This document shows positions 19,352 to 28,325 of a DNA stretch of 64,000 nucleotides, piece after piece. The stretch spans positions 8,751 to 72,750 of the forward strand of contig MFVE01000008.1 of the NCBI GenBank assembly GCA_001785985.1, given 5' to 3'. The notes beneath the pieces are model-generated. The model ran no database searches and was not told the DNA's origin. It was given only the letters and a program-made list of their open reading frames with translations. Source of the DNA: Candidatus Nomurabacteria bacterium RIFCSPLOWO2_01_FULL_42_17. GTDB taxonomy: Bacteria > Patescibacteriota > Minisyncoccia > Phycocordibacterales > UBA9973. The position numbers were made by a program, and so were the translations under genes. Each line of letters opens with the position of its first letter. The stretch's first letter is position 1.

Positions 19352-19372
19352 TGTAGACGTCCGACGTCTACA
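19352..19372. repeat. REP1 palindrome copy (TGTAGACGTCCGACGTCTACA), 3' flank of RAYT1
   Basis: Perfect palindrome with 10-bp arms. Confidence 0.8.
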
Positions 19373-19376
19373 AGTG

Positions 19377-20084
19377 TTAATCATCATTAAAGTGAAAGTC
19401 GATTTCTTCTAAATTATCACGTCTATCTTTAAAAGATTTCTTCCCCCTACTCTCTCGCACTATATCAATTATTTCTTTTCCGTGTCGGTAAAAATTTTCA
19501 TAACCGCCAAACCATTCAAGAAATTTATTTCCTTCTTTGGGATTTATAATAAAAAAATTACCTTTTTCATATTCTTCTTCACTACTACGCACTAATTTTA
19601 ATTTATTTTTTGAAATATTATGCACTTTATAATTCCACATTACATAAGCAAAAATCATTTCAAAATAATTTTCCTTTTCAGCATAATTTGATTTAAATTT
19701 CCCTTGAAGCAACGCTCCGCTTCGCCGATTTTTGTCATTAAAATATCTTGTGTATCCTCCTTGTAATCTTTTCATAAATTCACTGATACCGCCATCAATT
19801 TCCTGTTTTAAAATAAAATGAAAATGATTCGGATTAAGACAATATTCAACAATAGAAACCAATCTTTCTTTATTTTTAGGAATTTGGAGACGTCGGACGT
19901 CTACAAATGATTCTTGTTCGCGAAGTGCTAGTTCTAAACTTCCCACAGGATCTTTATAGGAAAATAATTTCATAGATAATAAAAATCTTGCAGCATCTTT
20001 TTCATCCATGAAAATAGAGCGCTTATCAACGCCTCTATTGTAAATGTGGAAATAAGAACCAGAAATAAAGGGATGTTTTCTCAT
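19377..20084 (-). CDS. IS200/IS605-like HUH (Y1) tyrosine transposase of the REP-associated (RAYT/COG1943) type
   Basis: 235 aa. YHIYNRG first-strand block, HUH motif NHFHFIL, and a C-terminal LLQGKFKS...Y..AYVMWN helix region matching the LWQ.R(F/Y)..H...YIH.NP catalytic-Tyr region of RAYTs. Paralogous to 54271-55026. Confidence 0.7.
   Translation of the reverse strand: MRKHPFISGSYFHIYNRGVDKRSIFMDEKDAARFLLSMKLFSYKDPVGSLELALREQESFVDVRRLQIPKNKERLVSIVEYCLNPNHFHFILKQEIDGGISEFMKRLQGGYTRYFNDKNRRSGALLQGKFKSNYAEKENYFEMIFAYVMWNYKVHNISKNKLKLVRSSEEEYEKGNFFIINPKEGNKFLEWFGGYENFYRHGKEIIDIVRESRGKKSFKDRRDNLEEIDFHFNDD
19888..19908. repeat. REP1 palindrome copy (GAGACGTCGGACGTCTACA) embedded in-frame in RAYT1, encoding VDVRRL
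   Basis: Near-perfect copy, read directly. It lies about 200 bp from the gene's 5' end in the loop between the YHxYNRG block and the HUH motif. Confidence 0.8.
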
Positions 20085-20100
20085 ATCTTTAGTATATCAT

Positions 20101-20121
20101 TGTAGACGTCGGACGTCTACA
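20101..20121. repeat. REP1 palindrome copy (TGTAGACGTCGGACGTCTACA), 5' flank of RAYT1 / 3' flank of murG
   Basis: Perfect palindrome. Confidence 0.8.
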
Positions 20122-20124
20122 CGG

Positions 20125-21267
20125 TTATTTCTCGTGGCTCAAAGCGATATCCACGAGAGCGCGAGCGATTTTCATCGCCGCATCATGTTTAGCAAAGGCT
20201 TTGGCGCTCTGTACCATCGAGTCGTAAACTCCTTTGTCCCCCGTTATCCTTTCAATTTCTGAGCTCAAAATATTGGCTGTCATATTCATTTCTTCTACTA
20301 CACTGCAAGCGCCCGCGCGAGCATAATTAAACGCATTTTTTTTCTGATGATCCATGTTGGTATGTGTGATCGGTATCAAAATGGATGGCACACCCCAAGA
20401 GGCTATCTCAAAAAGCATTGACCCCGCTCGAGAAATGATGATGGTGGCCGCGCCGGCAGCCATTTTCATCGCGAGAGGATTCAAAAAAGCCACCGAAAGA
20501 TACCTGGTCTTGTATTCATTCTCACTTAGCACGACTTCCGCCCTGTTCGTCACGCTCGTAAAATTCCTGACACCCGTCTGGTGGATAATCTGATAATTAT
20601 TCACCAATCTAGGCAATGCATCTAAGATAGTATTATTGATAAGTTCCGCGCCTTGAGAACCTCCCAAGACGAGGATCACTGGCAAACTCCCTTCAAGCTT
20701 AAAATAATCCAGCGCCTCTTTTTTAGGAGCAGGATTTTCTATTTCTGTTCTGATAGGCTGGCCCGTCCAAGCGATTTTTTTCTTTGGGAAGTGATCAGCC
20801 GCTTCTATGAAAGAAACAGCGATTTTTTTGGCAAAATGGCCAGCCCACCTATTCACCCGCCCCGGAGTAGAATCTGATTCATGGATCACTATTGGAATAC
20901 GTAAAATTCTCGCGGCAAAAATCGCCGGAAACGAGGCATATCCGCCCTTGCCAAAAACAACGTCTGGATAAATTGAAAACATTTTATAAAGCGCATTCAC
21001 GGTACCAAAAAAAATCTTTAAAATATCCCGGATATTTTTTAAAAAACTTTTAAAAGAAACATGGGTGCGCATTTTGCCAGTCTTGATCTCTTCATATATC
21101 AGCCCATTTTCAAAAAGCATTTCCTTGTCATAAGGATTGTCCGAGATATAGTAAAGCTTGGGCCCTAATATATTCTCGTGATCTATTATTTGATTGACTC
21201 TCTCGGTAACGGCAATAATGGGATAAAAGTGACCGCCCGAACCACCGCCTGTAAAAACTATTTTCAT
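20125..21267 (-). CDS. murG: Undecaprenyldiphospho-muramoylpentapeptide beta-N-acetylglucosaminyltransferase
   Basis: GT28 N- and C-terminal domains (MKIVFTGGGSGGHFYP, GGSQGA). The likely start is MKIVF at 21267, inside the longer ORF-track call. Confidence 0.88.
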   Translation of the reverse strand: MKIVFTGGGSGGHFYPIIAVTERVNQIIDHENILGPKLYYISDNPYDKEMLFENGLIYEEIKTGKMRTHVSFKSFLKNIRDILKIFFGTVNALYKMFSIYPDVVFGKGGYASFPAIFAARILRIPIVIHESDSTPGRVNRWAGHFAKKIAVSFIEAADHFPKKKIAWTGQPIRTEIENPAPKKEALDYFKLEGSLPVILVLGGSQGAELINNTILDALPRLVNNYQIIHQTGVRNFTSVTNRAEVVLSENEYKTRYLSVAFLNPLAMKMAAGAATIIISRAGSMLFEIASWGVPSILIPITHTNMDHQKKNAFNYARAGACSVVEEMNMTANILSSEIERITGDKGVYDSMVQSAKAFAKHDAAMKIARALVDIALSHEK

Positions 21268-21280
21268 ATACTTTATAACT

Positions 21281-22390
21281 TTATGAACTTTTTGCTTTAT
21301 AACTACTTTTAGATACCTGCAACACGATGCCAATCGCCATGAGGTATATCATGAGCGAAGTGCCCCCATGGCTCATGAAAGGAAGTGGGACGCCGGTCAA
21401 TGGAAAAACTCCAGTAATCGAAGCAATGTGCATAAATGACTGCACGGTAATCAGTATAACAATTCCAGAGACCAAAAGTCTACTAAAGAGATCCGGAGCA
21501 CTGTTCCCAATACGAAATCCACGCAGGGCAAAAAGCACATAGATAAATATGACACTGGCCGCTCCGACAAAACCCAGCTCTTCACCCACTACGGCAAAAA
21601 TGGAGTCCCCTTGCGGTTCTGGAAGATAACTGAACTTTTGAATGCTTTGACCAAATCCCCTGCCGAATATTCCACCTGACCCCATGGCAATCAGCGATTG
21701 TTGAATTTGATAGGAAGATCCCCTAGGATCGGCAGATGGATCGATAAAAGTTTTTACTCTCTCTTGCAAATAGGGCGTAAAAAAAATTAGAGTTCCCAAA
21801 AGAAATACTCCCCCGACACCCACTCCTAAAATATATTTAATAGGAACACCGGAGATAAAAAGCATCACGATTCCAGTTACGGTGATTAAAATAAAACTTT
21901 TAGTATCGGGTTGTTTAAGTAAAATGACAGCGATGAGCGCGAGCATTATAGTAAATGGCAGAATTCCAAACTTGAAATCCTGCACTTTGTTCTTTACCCA
22001 AGACAGCCAAGCGGCAAAATAAATCACGAATCCCAATTTTAAAAATTCCACCGGCTGAAAAGAAAAACCACCGAGCTCTATCCATCTTTGCGCGCCACCA
22101 TGACTCCAGCCAAAGTGGGGTATAAAAACAGCGGCGGTTAAAAGTATTGATCCTAAAAAAATCAAAAAAGAATATTTGCGCCAAAACTTGTAATTTATTT
22201 TTGAACAAAAATACATGAGAGCGAGCCCAACCCCAAGACCTAAAACCAGCTGGCTAAAAAGAACTGAGTAAAAAGTTTTTGCATTTTTAGCCAAGATCCC
22301 CAAGGACGCAGAAACAAACATCGCAACTCCAAAAACAACAAGCAGAAATATTATTATCAGAAAAAATCTATCTATCTTCTTTTCTCTCAT
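21281..22390 (-). CDS. ftsW: SEDS-family peptidoglycan glycosyltransferase (FtsW/RodA)
   Basis: 369 aa, about 10 TM helices. Conserved SEDS loops (QPVEFLKLGFVIY, LPEPQGDSIFAVVGEELGF). Sits between mraY and murG. Confidence 0.85.
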   Translation of the reverse strand: MREKKIDRFFLIIIFLLVVFGVAMFVSASLGILAKNAKTFYSVLFSQLVLGLGVGLALMYFCSKINYKFWRKYSFLIFLGSILLTAAVFIPHFGWSHGGAQRWIELGGFSFQPVEFLKLGFVIYFAAWLSWVKNKVQDFKFGILPFTIMLALIAVILLKQPDTKSFILITVTGIVMLFISGVPIKYILGVGVGGVFLLGTLIFFTPYLQERVKTFIDPSADPRGSSYQIQQSLIAMGSGGIFGRGFGQSIQKFSYLPEPQGDSIFAVVGEELGFVGAASVIFIYVLFALRGFRIGNSAPDLFSRLLVSGIVILITVQSFMHIASITGVFPLTGVPLPFMSHGGTSLMIYLMAIGIVLQVSKSSYKAKSS

Positions 22391-22398
22391 GATTTAAT

Positions 22399-22430
22399 GA
22401 GGCAAGACCTAACATGTTAGGTCTTGCCTC
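22399..22430. promoter_or_regulatory. 32-bp perfect palindrome GAGGCAAGACCTAACATGTTAGGTCTTGCCTC, filling most of the 44-bp mraY-ftsW spacer
   Basis: Reverse complement checked base by base. No T-run follows on the minus strand, so it is not a canonical terminator. Confidence 0.6.
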
Positions 22431-22434
22431 TAAC

Positions 22435-23490
22435 TTATCTGCTTATAATTGCTAAAATTATACCGATAATGGCAAAGATGACGGAGATAATCCAAAAACG
22501 CATCGTAACCTTGTAAGAAGACCAGCCAATTGCTTCAAAATGGTGATGAAGCGGGGCAAGTTTGAACAATCTTTTTCCTCCTCTAAATTTTTTCGAGGCC
22601 ATCTGTAAAATAACCGAAGCAGATGTGAGAACTAGGGGCAAAGCGACAATGGGAAGAATAAAAACTGAATCAGTCAAAAATGCCAGCGTCGCGAGGGTAA
22701 TAGTGAGGCCCATGATGCCCGTCTCTCCCATAAAAAATCTAGCCGGAGGAATGTTGAACCACAGAAATGCCAAGATCGCCCCGGTAATAACGGCTGAAAA
22801 TGCGGCGATATCGATCTGATTGTTGGCATAAGCTATCGCCGAGTAAGCGGCAAAAATAGATGCTAAAACCCCTCCAGAAAGTCCATCGATCCCATCTATC
22901 ACTCCCCCGGAAAAAGTAGCCAAGGCGACGATGATAAAAAATGGAACAATTAAAATGCCTAAATAGATTTCTCCAAAAAAAGGAATATGCAGCGAGGTTA
23001 TGCCTAATTTATAAAAAAACCACATTCCTATCATAAGAGACATAAAGGTAATGAGAAAGACTTTCCATTTGCGCCAAGATTTATCGTCCCGAGCAAACCT
23101 GCCGCTGCCATAAATCTGAATCAAGTCGTCCCAAAGCCCGATCAATGACCCTATCAAAAGCGTAAAAATAGGTATGAGGGTTTGATTGCGGCTCAAGAAA
23201 TTTATTTCAGAACTATAGCTGGAAGGAAAGAAAATTGAGGCTAAATAAAAAATAAGCGTGGTCGTCAAGACAGAAATCCAGATGATCACCCCGCCCACTC
23301 TGGGTGTGCGGAGTTCCTCCTTCTCTTTATTAATCTTTTGAAAATCTGAAGTGGTTCCGTTAGCGCTCCTAGAATACCTCTTCCACATTTTATATTTGTA
23401 AAAAAAATGAGTCGCGATTGGAGTAAAAAAAAGCCCGAAAAAAAATGCAACCGCTGTCGGCAAAAATATTTTGATTAAGCTGAAATACAT
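22435..23490 (-). CDS. mraY: Phospho-N-acetylmuramoyl-pentapeptide transferase
   Basis: 351 aa polytopic membrane protein. LRTPRVGG, NAIDGIDGL and PLHHHFE motifs of MraY/GT4. Confidence 0.85.
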   Translation of the reverse strand: MYFSLIKIFLPTAVAFFFGLFFTPIATHFFYKYKMWKRYSRSANGTTSDFQKINKEKEELRTPRVGGVIIWISVLTTTLIFYLASIFFPSSYSSEINFLSRNQTLIPIFTLLIGSLIGLWDDLIQIYGSGRFARDDKSWRKWKVFLITFMSLMIGMWFFYKLGITSLHIPFFGEIYLGILIVPFFIIVALATFSGGVIDGIDGLSGGVLASIFAAYSAIAYANNQIDIAAFSAVITGAILAFLWFNIPPARFFMGETGIMGLTITLATLAFLTDSVFILPIVALPLVLTSASVILQMASKKFRGGKRLFKLAPLHHHFEAIGWSSYKVTMRFWIISVIFAIIGIILAIISR

Positions 23491-23526
23491 ATATCCACTA
23501 TACCATTTTTTGATTAAAATGCATCA

Positions 23527-24390
23527 ATGTGCTATTGTTTTCAAGTGAAAAAACATATTTCTAAACTTGCATTGTCTTTCGCCACATTTCTTTTTGTATT
23601 CCTGTTGTTTACACCCTACTTTACGACAGACTTCATGGATTTAAGACAGCAAAAAGAAAACGAGGAAAATTATCAAAGATTTCTGCAAGAAAAAATTGCG
23701 CAAGAAATTGCAAAAAGAAACGCTGAAGACAAAATCTACTTGACTGGCAAATTTGACCCGAATCTGCGGGAAGATTTTGCTCTGGTGCCCTCACAATACA
23801 ACATCGCCAGATACAAGATGTATTTAAGAAAAGAGACTTTGGATGCTTTTGGGGACATGGCAGAAGCTGCCGCAAAAGATTCTATAGAATTGAATATAAC
23901 TTCCGCTACCAGAAATTTTGATTACCAAAAAGATCTCTGGAATAGAAAGTGGGACAGCACGACGTTGGCAGAAAAAAAAGATCTATCAGAAGACATGCTC
24001 GATGAGATAAAGAGGTTTAAGAAGATATTGGAATATAGCGCTGCTCCCGGCACATCTAGACATCATTGGGGCACAGAAATAGATATTAATAGCGTAACTC
24101 CAAAATTTTTTGAGACAAGCGAGGGTAAAAAAGTATACGAATGGCTCCAAGTAAATGCTCCCGTCTTCGGATTTTGCCAGACTTATAATGAAAAGGGTGA
24201 AAGCAGACAAGCCGGGTACAACGAAGAAAAATGGCATTGGTCCTATATGCCACTGTCCCGAACTCTCACGCAAGAATATAAAAAATTGATAAAAGATGAA
24301 GACATCACAGGATTCTTGGGCGACCAATATGTCCCCGCTTTAAATTTAATCAATAATTATGTACTCAACATCAATCCTGATTGCTTTTAA
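23527..24390 (+). CDS. Peptidase M15B (VanY/D-Ala-D-Ala carboxypeptidase-like), secreted or anchored
   Basis: 287 aa. N-terminal TM or signal segment. SATRNFDYQ and AAPGTSRHHWGTEIDI zinc-ligand motifs of M15B. Confidence 0.7.
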   Translation: MCYCFQVKKHISKLALSFATFLFVFLLFTPYFTTDFMDLRQQKENEENYQRFLQEKIAQEIAKRNAEDKIYLTGKFDPNLREDFALVPSQYNIARYKMYLRKETLDAFGDMAEAAAKDSIELNITSATRNFDYQKDLWNRKWDSTTLAEKKDLSEDMLDEIKRFKKILEYSAAPGTSRHHWGTEIDINSVTPKFFETSEGKKVYEWLQVNAPVFGFCQTYNEKGESRQAGYNEEKWHWSYMPLSRTLTQEYKKLIKDEDITGFLGDQYVPALNLINNYVLNINPDCF

Positions 24391-24964
24391 CTTCTTCCTC
24401 TAAATTCTTTGCCGCAACATCTATGGAATTTATAACTTCAGCATAGCCGGGCAGTTCTTCTACTGATTTTATACCCATAAAGGAGATCAGCTCAAAACTT
24501 GGTTTGTAGATAAAGCGCCTATTGTCTTTCGGATCTGTTATTTTTTCTACCAGCCCGCGGACGGACAAAGCGCGCAAGGTGAAGCTCGAATTCACGCCCC
24601 GGATATAATCAATCTCGGCGCGGGACACTCCATTTTTATAAAGCACAATAGACAGTGTTTCCAGACTTGCCTTGGAAAGTTCTTTATTCAGTTCTTCTTT
24701 CTGTAAATTCTCAATCAGATCGGACAACTCTGGCGCCGTGCCGAGCATAATTTCCCCGCCTGCATCAGCTATGCTTGAAGCATTGCGGGCAGGTTTTTCT
24801 TTTTCCAACAAAACTATCCCCCTGTCTTTTAAATTTTCTTTTAATTTTTCTACACCTTTGTTTATTTCTGTCTCTTCAACTTTCAAAATCTCCGAAAGTT
24901 TTTTACGTGCAATCGGCTCCCCTTTCCAAAATAATATAGCTTCTATCTTTTTTTCTATTTCCAT
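24371..24964 (-). CDS. scpB: Segregation and condensation protein B
   Basis: 197 aa with tandem winged helices (IEAILFW...). Carries one copy of the 40-bp element, encoding PARNASSIADAGG, at 24754-24794. Confidence 0.85.
   Translation of the reverse strand: MEIEKKIEAILFWKGEPIARKKLSEILKVEETEINKGVEKLKENLKDRGIVLLEKEKPARNASSIADAGGEIMLGTAPELSDLIENLQKEELNKELSKASLETLSIVLYKNGVSRAEIDYIRGVNSSFTLRALSVRGLVEKITDPKDNRRFIYKPSFELISFMGIKSVEELPGYAEVINSIDVAAKNLEEEVKSNQD
24754..24794 (-). repeat. Copy A of the ~40-bp GC-rich hairpin element, sense-oriented in scpB and encoding K-P-A-R-N-A-S-S-I-A-D-A-G-G
   Basis: Plus strand CCCCGCCTGCATCAGCTATGCTTGAAGCATTGCGGGCAGG. Inner mini-hairpin ATGCTT-G-AAGCAT. Confidence 0.65.
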
Positions 24965-24969
24965 AAATT

Positions 24970-25719
24970 TTAATTTGCAATTTGCTCCTGCTTATTAAAT
25001 ATAATATCCCCCTTATCGCCTTCTTGGACCGCATCGATAATTCCTTGCCTCACAAGCTCTAATAAAGCCAAAAATCCGACTATCGCAACCACTTTTTCCT
25101 CCCGAGTCGTTATTTTGCCGTGCAAATCTTTAAAATTCATTTTCAGAGAATTTTGTATTCTTTCGGTAAGCCGATCGATCATCTCTTCAATACTGATGAC
25201 TTTGCGCACTTCCACCTCCGGCAAAAATACTTTCTTTGGCATTGAGCCTAGGACATTTTGAGCAAAACCCATCATGCTTTCTTTTGTAATTTGCGCATCC
25301 GGCAAAAATACTAGAACATCACTCTTTCTTTCAAGTGGCGCAAAAATTATGTTTTTACCAAAATTGTTTTTGATATTTCCTCCAAGTTTTGTAAAAAGTT
25401 CGTACAATCGCAATCTCTCCTCCAGATTTTTTATATCACCTTCTTCCTCCAACGTCAGATTCAGATTAGGCAAAAGTGATTTTGATTTGATCAAAATAAG
25501 GGTTGAGGCCACTAAAATAAAACTAGCGATTTGGGCAGAAGAAATCGAACCAGAAGCGCCAAGTTTGTTCATGTAACTCAAATAATCTTCCGTCACTGCC
25601 GAGAGCGAAACATCGTTTATGAAGAATTTGCGTTTTTCTATCAATTCCAAAAGCAAACCAAACGGTCCTTCAAAATTTGCCATTTTTATTGTATATGCGT
25701 GCTCCCTTTGGGTTTCCAC
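24970..25719 (-). CDS. scpA: Segregation and condensation protein A (kleisin)
   Basis: 249 aa. ScpA N-terminal (LIEKRKFFINDVSL) and C-terminal winged-helix regions. Immediately upstream of scpB. Confidence 0.85.
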   Translation of the reverse strand: METQREHAYTIKMANFEGPFGLLLELIEKRKFFINDVSLSAVTEDYLSYMNKLGASGSISSAQIASFILVASTLILIKSKSLLPNLNLTLEEEGDIKNLEERLRLYELFTKLGGNIKNNFGKNIIFAPLERKSDVLVFLPDAQITKESMMGFAQNVLGSMPKKVFLPEVEVRKVISIEEMIDRLTERIQNSLKMNFKDLHGKITTREEKVVAIVGFLALLELVRQGIIDAVQEGDKGDIIFNKQEQIAN

Positions 25720-25741
25720 CCTTATATGCTAGCATTTCTTT

Positions 25742-28249
25742 ATGCAAAAGAAAAATACTGCGAGAAATTTCACCCGCCACAAAGGAGGGGTCCGCCTATC
25801 AAAAAATGTCATACCAATAGAATACGACATACAACTAAAACCAGATTTAGACAACTTTACTTTTTGGGGTATGGAAGTCATAACGCTTTTCATATTAAAA
25901 CCGACCAAAATATTAACTCTGCATTCTAAAGAGCTCGAAATTGAAACAGTTAGGATTGCAGATGTATATGCCAAAATTTCTTATGATGAAAAAAAGGAAA
26001 CAGCAACTTTTTTATTTCCCAAAAATATTTTAGCCGGCAAAAATAAATTAATAATAGTTTTCAAAGGAATATTGAATGATAAAATGCGCGGATTTTATCG
26101 CAGCCGTTATACTACCGGTGGCAAAGAATACCACATGGCGACAACCCAGTTTGAAGCTACAGATGCGCGCAGAGCATTTCCTTGTTTTGATGAACCAGCG
26201 CAAAAAGCTGTCTTCTATGTATCGCTCATCGTCCCACTCGGCAAGACCGCGATTTCCAATACGCTTCCCGTTTCCGTAGCAGAACATGAGGCGGGCTATC
26301 AAATAGTAAAGTTCTCGCCGACACCCAAAATGTCCACATATCTGCTCGCATTTATCGTCGGAGATTTTGAGTATATAGAATCCAAAACCAAGAATAACGT
26401 ACAAGTGCGGGTCTTTACTACTCCCGGCAAAAAACATCAAGCCGAGTTTGCTCTCGACTGCGCGGTAAAAACTTTAGAATTTTACGAAAAATATTTTGCT
26501 ATTGCTTATCCTCTTCCTGTCTTAGACATGATCGCTATTCCGGATTTTACATCCGGAGCAATGGAAAATTGGGGCGCGATCACTTATCGCGAGTCCGCTC
26601 TTTTGGTTGATGAAGAGCATTCCTCACTTTCGAATAAACAATGGGTAGCGCTGGTCATTGCCCACGAGATAGCGCATCAATGGTTCGGCAATCTAGTGAC
26701 AATGGAATGGTGGACTCATTTATGGCTCAATGAGGGTTTTGCTTCATATATAGAATATCTCGCAATAGACAAACTCTTCCCGCATTGGGATATTTGGACG
26801 CAATTTTCGAACAATGAGCTGGGCACAGCGCTTAGACTCGACGCCCTACTTCATACTCATCCGATCGAAATACCCGTGCATCACCCGGATGAAATCGGCG
26901 AGATATTCGATGAGGTGTCTTATTCCAAAGGCGCATCGATCATCCGAATGCTCGCGGATTATTTGGGTGAAAAAGATTTCAGAGACGGCCTCCGGCATTA
27001 CCTAAAAAAACATAGTTATAAAAATACTGAGACATTCCACCTCTGGGAATCATTTGAGAAGATTTCTAAAAAACCTGTCGCCAAAATGATGCATAATTGG
27101 ACTTCCGAGCCTGGATATCCAGTAGTAAAAGCTCAAATGATAAAGGGAAAAATAAATTTCTCTCAAAGTAGATTCTTCGCGAGCCCGATATCAGCAAAAA
27201 AAGTAAAAGGTAAAACAAAATGGGAAATCCCGATAAATTTCAAAAAAAATAAGGTAAATTTTGGTGAAGCAGGATTCTTTAGGACTGCATATTCTCCTGA
27301 ACTTCTCGAAAAATTAAAAATCCCGGTTGAAAAAAAACTTTTGTCCGCTCGCGATAGACTCGGCATCATCCGAGATCTATTTGCTCTCGCCGAAGCGGGC
27401 ACGATACCGACTACAGATGCACTAGAATTTTTGTCCGCATACAAAAAAGAAGACAATTATACCGTTTGGCTTGAAATTGCAATGGGTCTAGGGAGGTTAG
27501 AACAACTTTTGGCTAAGACCGACCTAAAAGCAAGACTAGACGGGCTGGTTTTCTCCCTATTCTCCCCTCTTGCCAAAAAATTGGGTTGGAAAAAGAAAAG
27601 AAACGAAGCTCACACTGATGCGCTCTTGCGTTCCCTGGCTATCTCTCGCGCCGGACGCGCCGGACGTTCGAGTGATGAAAAAATAATAAACGAAGCGAGA
27701 AAAAAATTTATTTTAATGCAAAAGGGCAAACATGTGCATCCCGATCTGCGCGGAGCTATTTATTCCATTATCGCAAAATGGGGAGGAAAATCAGAATACG
27801 ATCTTTTTATTAAAAAATATAAAAAAGAAACACTACATGAAGAAAAAAATAGAATCGGTAACGCTCTAGGAGATTTTCGTGATCCAAAATTATTAAAGCT
27901 TGCATGCGAATTTGCATTTTCGAATAATGTCCGAATGCAAGACACCATCGGCATCCTTTCTTCTGTAGGAGGAAATCCACTGGGACGAGATATCTGGCTC
28001 AATTTTATCCAGAAGAATTGGAAAACATTAGTCTCGCGTTACGGCGACGGCGGGCATACCCTCGCTCGACTGGTCAAAGCCATTTCCGGAAGCGCCGAAG
28101 AAAAGCATTTGAAAGCTTTTAAAAAATTCTTTGCCACGCACGACGCTCCGGGCGCGCAGCGCGCGATAGAGCAAGTCAAAGAGCGCTTAGAGGGCAATAT
28201 CGCATGGCTGAAACGAGATCATGAGAAAATCAATAATTTCTTGCTATAA
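25742..28249 (+). CDS. pepN: M1-family aminopeptidase N
   Basis: 835 aa. GAMEN, HEIAHQWFGNLVT-x18-E zincin motif, and an ERAP1-like C-terminal domain. Confidence 0.9.
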   Translation: MQKKNTARNFTRHKGGVRLSKNVIPIEYDIQLKPDLDNFTFWGMEVITLFILKPTKILTLHSKELEIETVRIADVYAKISYDEKKETATFLFPKNILAGKNKLIIVFKGILNDKMRGFYRSRYTTGGKEYHMATTQFEATDARRAFPCFDEPAQKAVFYVSLIVPLGKTAISNTLPVSVAEHEAGYQIVKFSPTPKMSTYLLAFIVGDFEYIESKTKNNVQVRVFTTPGKKHQAEFALDCAVKTLEFYEKYFAIAYPLPVLDMIAIPDFTSGAMENWGAITYRESALLVDEEHSSLSNKQWVALVIAHEIAHQWFGNLVTMEWWTHLWLNEGFASYIEYLAIDKLFPHWDIWTQFSNNELGTALRLDALLHTHPIEIPVHHPDEIGEIFDEVSYSKGASIIRMLADYLGEKDFRDGLRHYLKKHSYKNTETFHLWESFEKISKKPVAKMMHNWTSEPGYPVVKAQMIKGKINFSQSRFFASPISAKKVKGKTKWEIPINFKKNKVNFGEAGFFRTAYSPELLEKLKIPVEKKLLSARDRLGIIRDLFALAEAGTIPTTDALEFLSAYKKEDNYTVWLEIAMGLGRLEQLLAKTDLKARLDGLVFSLFSPLAKKLGWKKKRNEAHTDALLRSLAISRAGRAGRSSDEKIINEARKKFILMQKGKHVHPDLRGAIYSIIAKWGGKSEYDLFIKKYKKETLHEEKNRIGNALGDFRDPKLLKLACEFAFSNNVRMQDTIGILSSVGGNPLGRDIWLNFIQKNWKTLVSRYGDGGHTLARLVKAISGSAEEKHLKAFKKFFATHDAPGAQRAIEQVKERLEGNIAWLKRDHEKINNFLL

Positions 28250-28325
28250 GATAGTTTTTATGATATAATACGAGAAACGTACAAACAGACCCTCATGGTC
28301 TTCACAATTTAAAAAAGGAAACAAA

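Larger units (their letters stand above)
19352..20121 (-). mobile_element. RAYT-like transposase unit 1. The HUH Y1 transposase gene is bounded by, and interrupted in-frame by, its cognate REP-like palindrome GTAGACGTC(C/G)GACGTCTACA.
   Basis: Palindrome copies at 19352-19372, 19888-19908 and 20101-20121. The CDS at 19377-20084 lies between them. Confidence 0.65.

Noticed and set aside
27645-27665. 9-bp tandem duplication GCGCCGGAC x2 in pepN (encoding RAGRAG)
   Set aside because: A simple local duplication in a tolerant region, not linked to any repeat family in the window.
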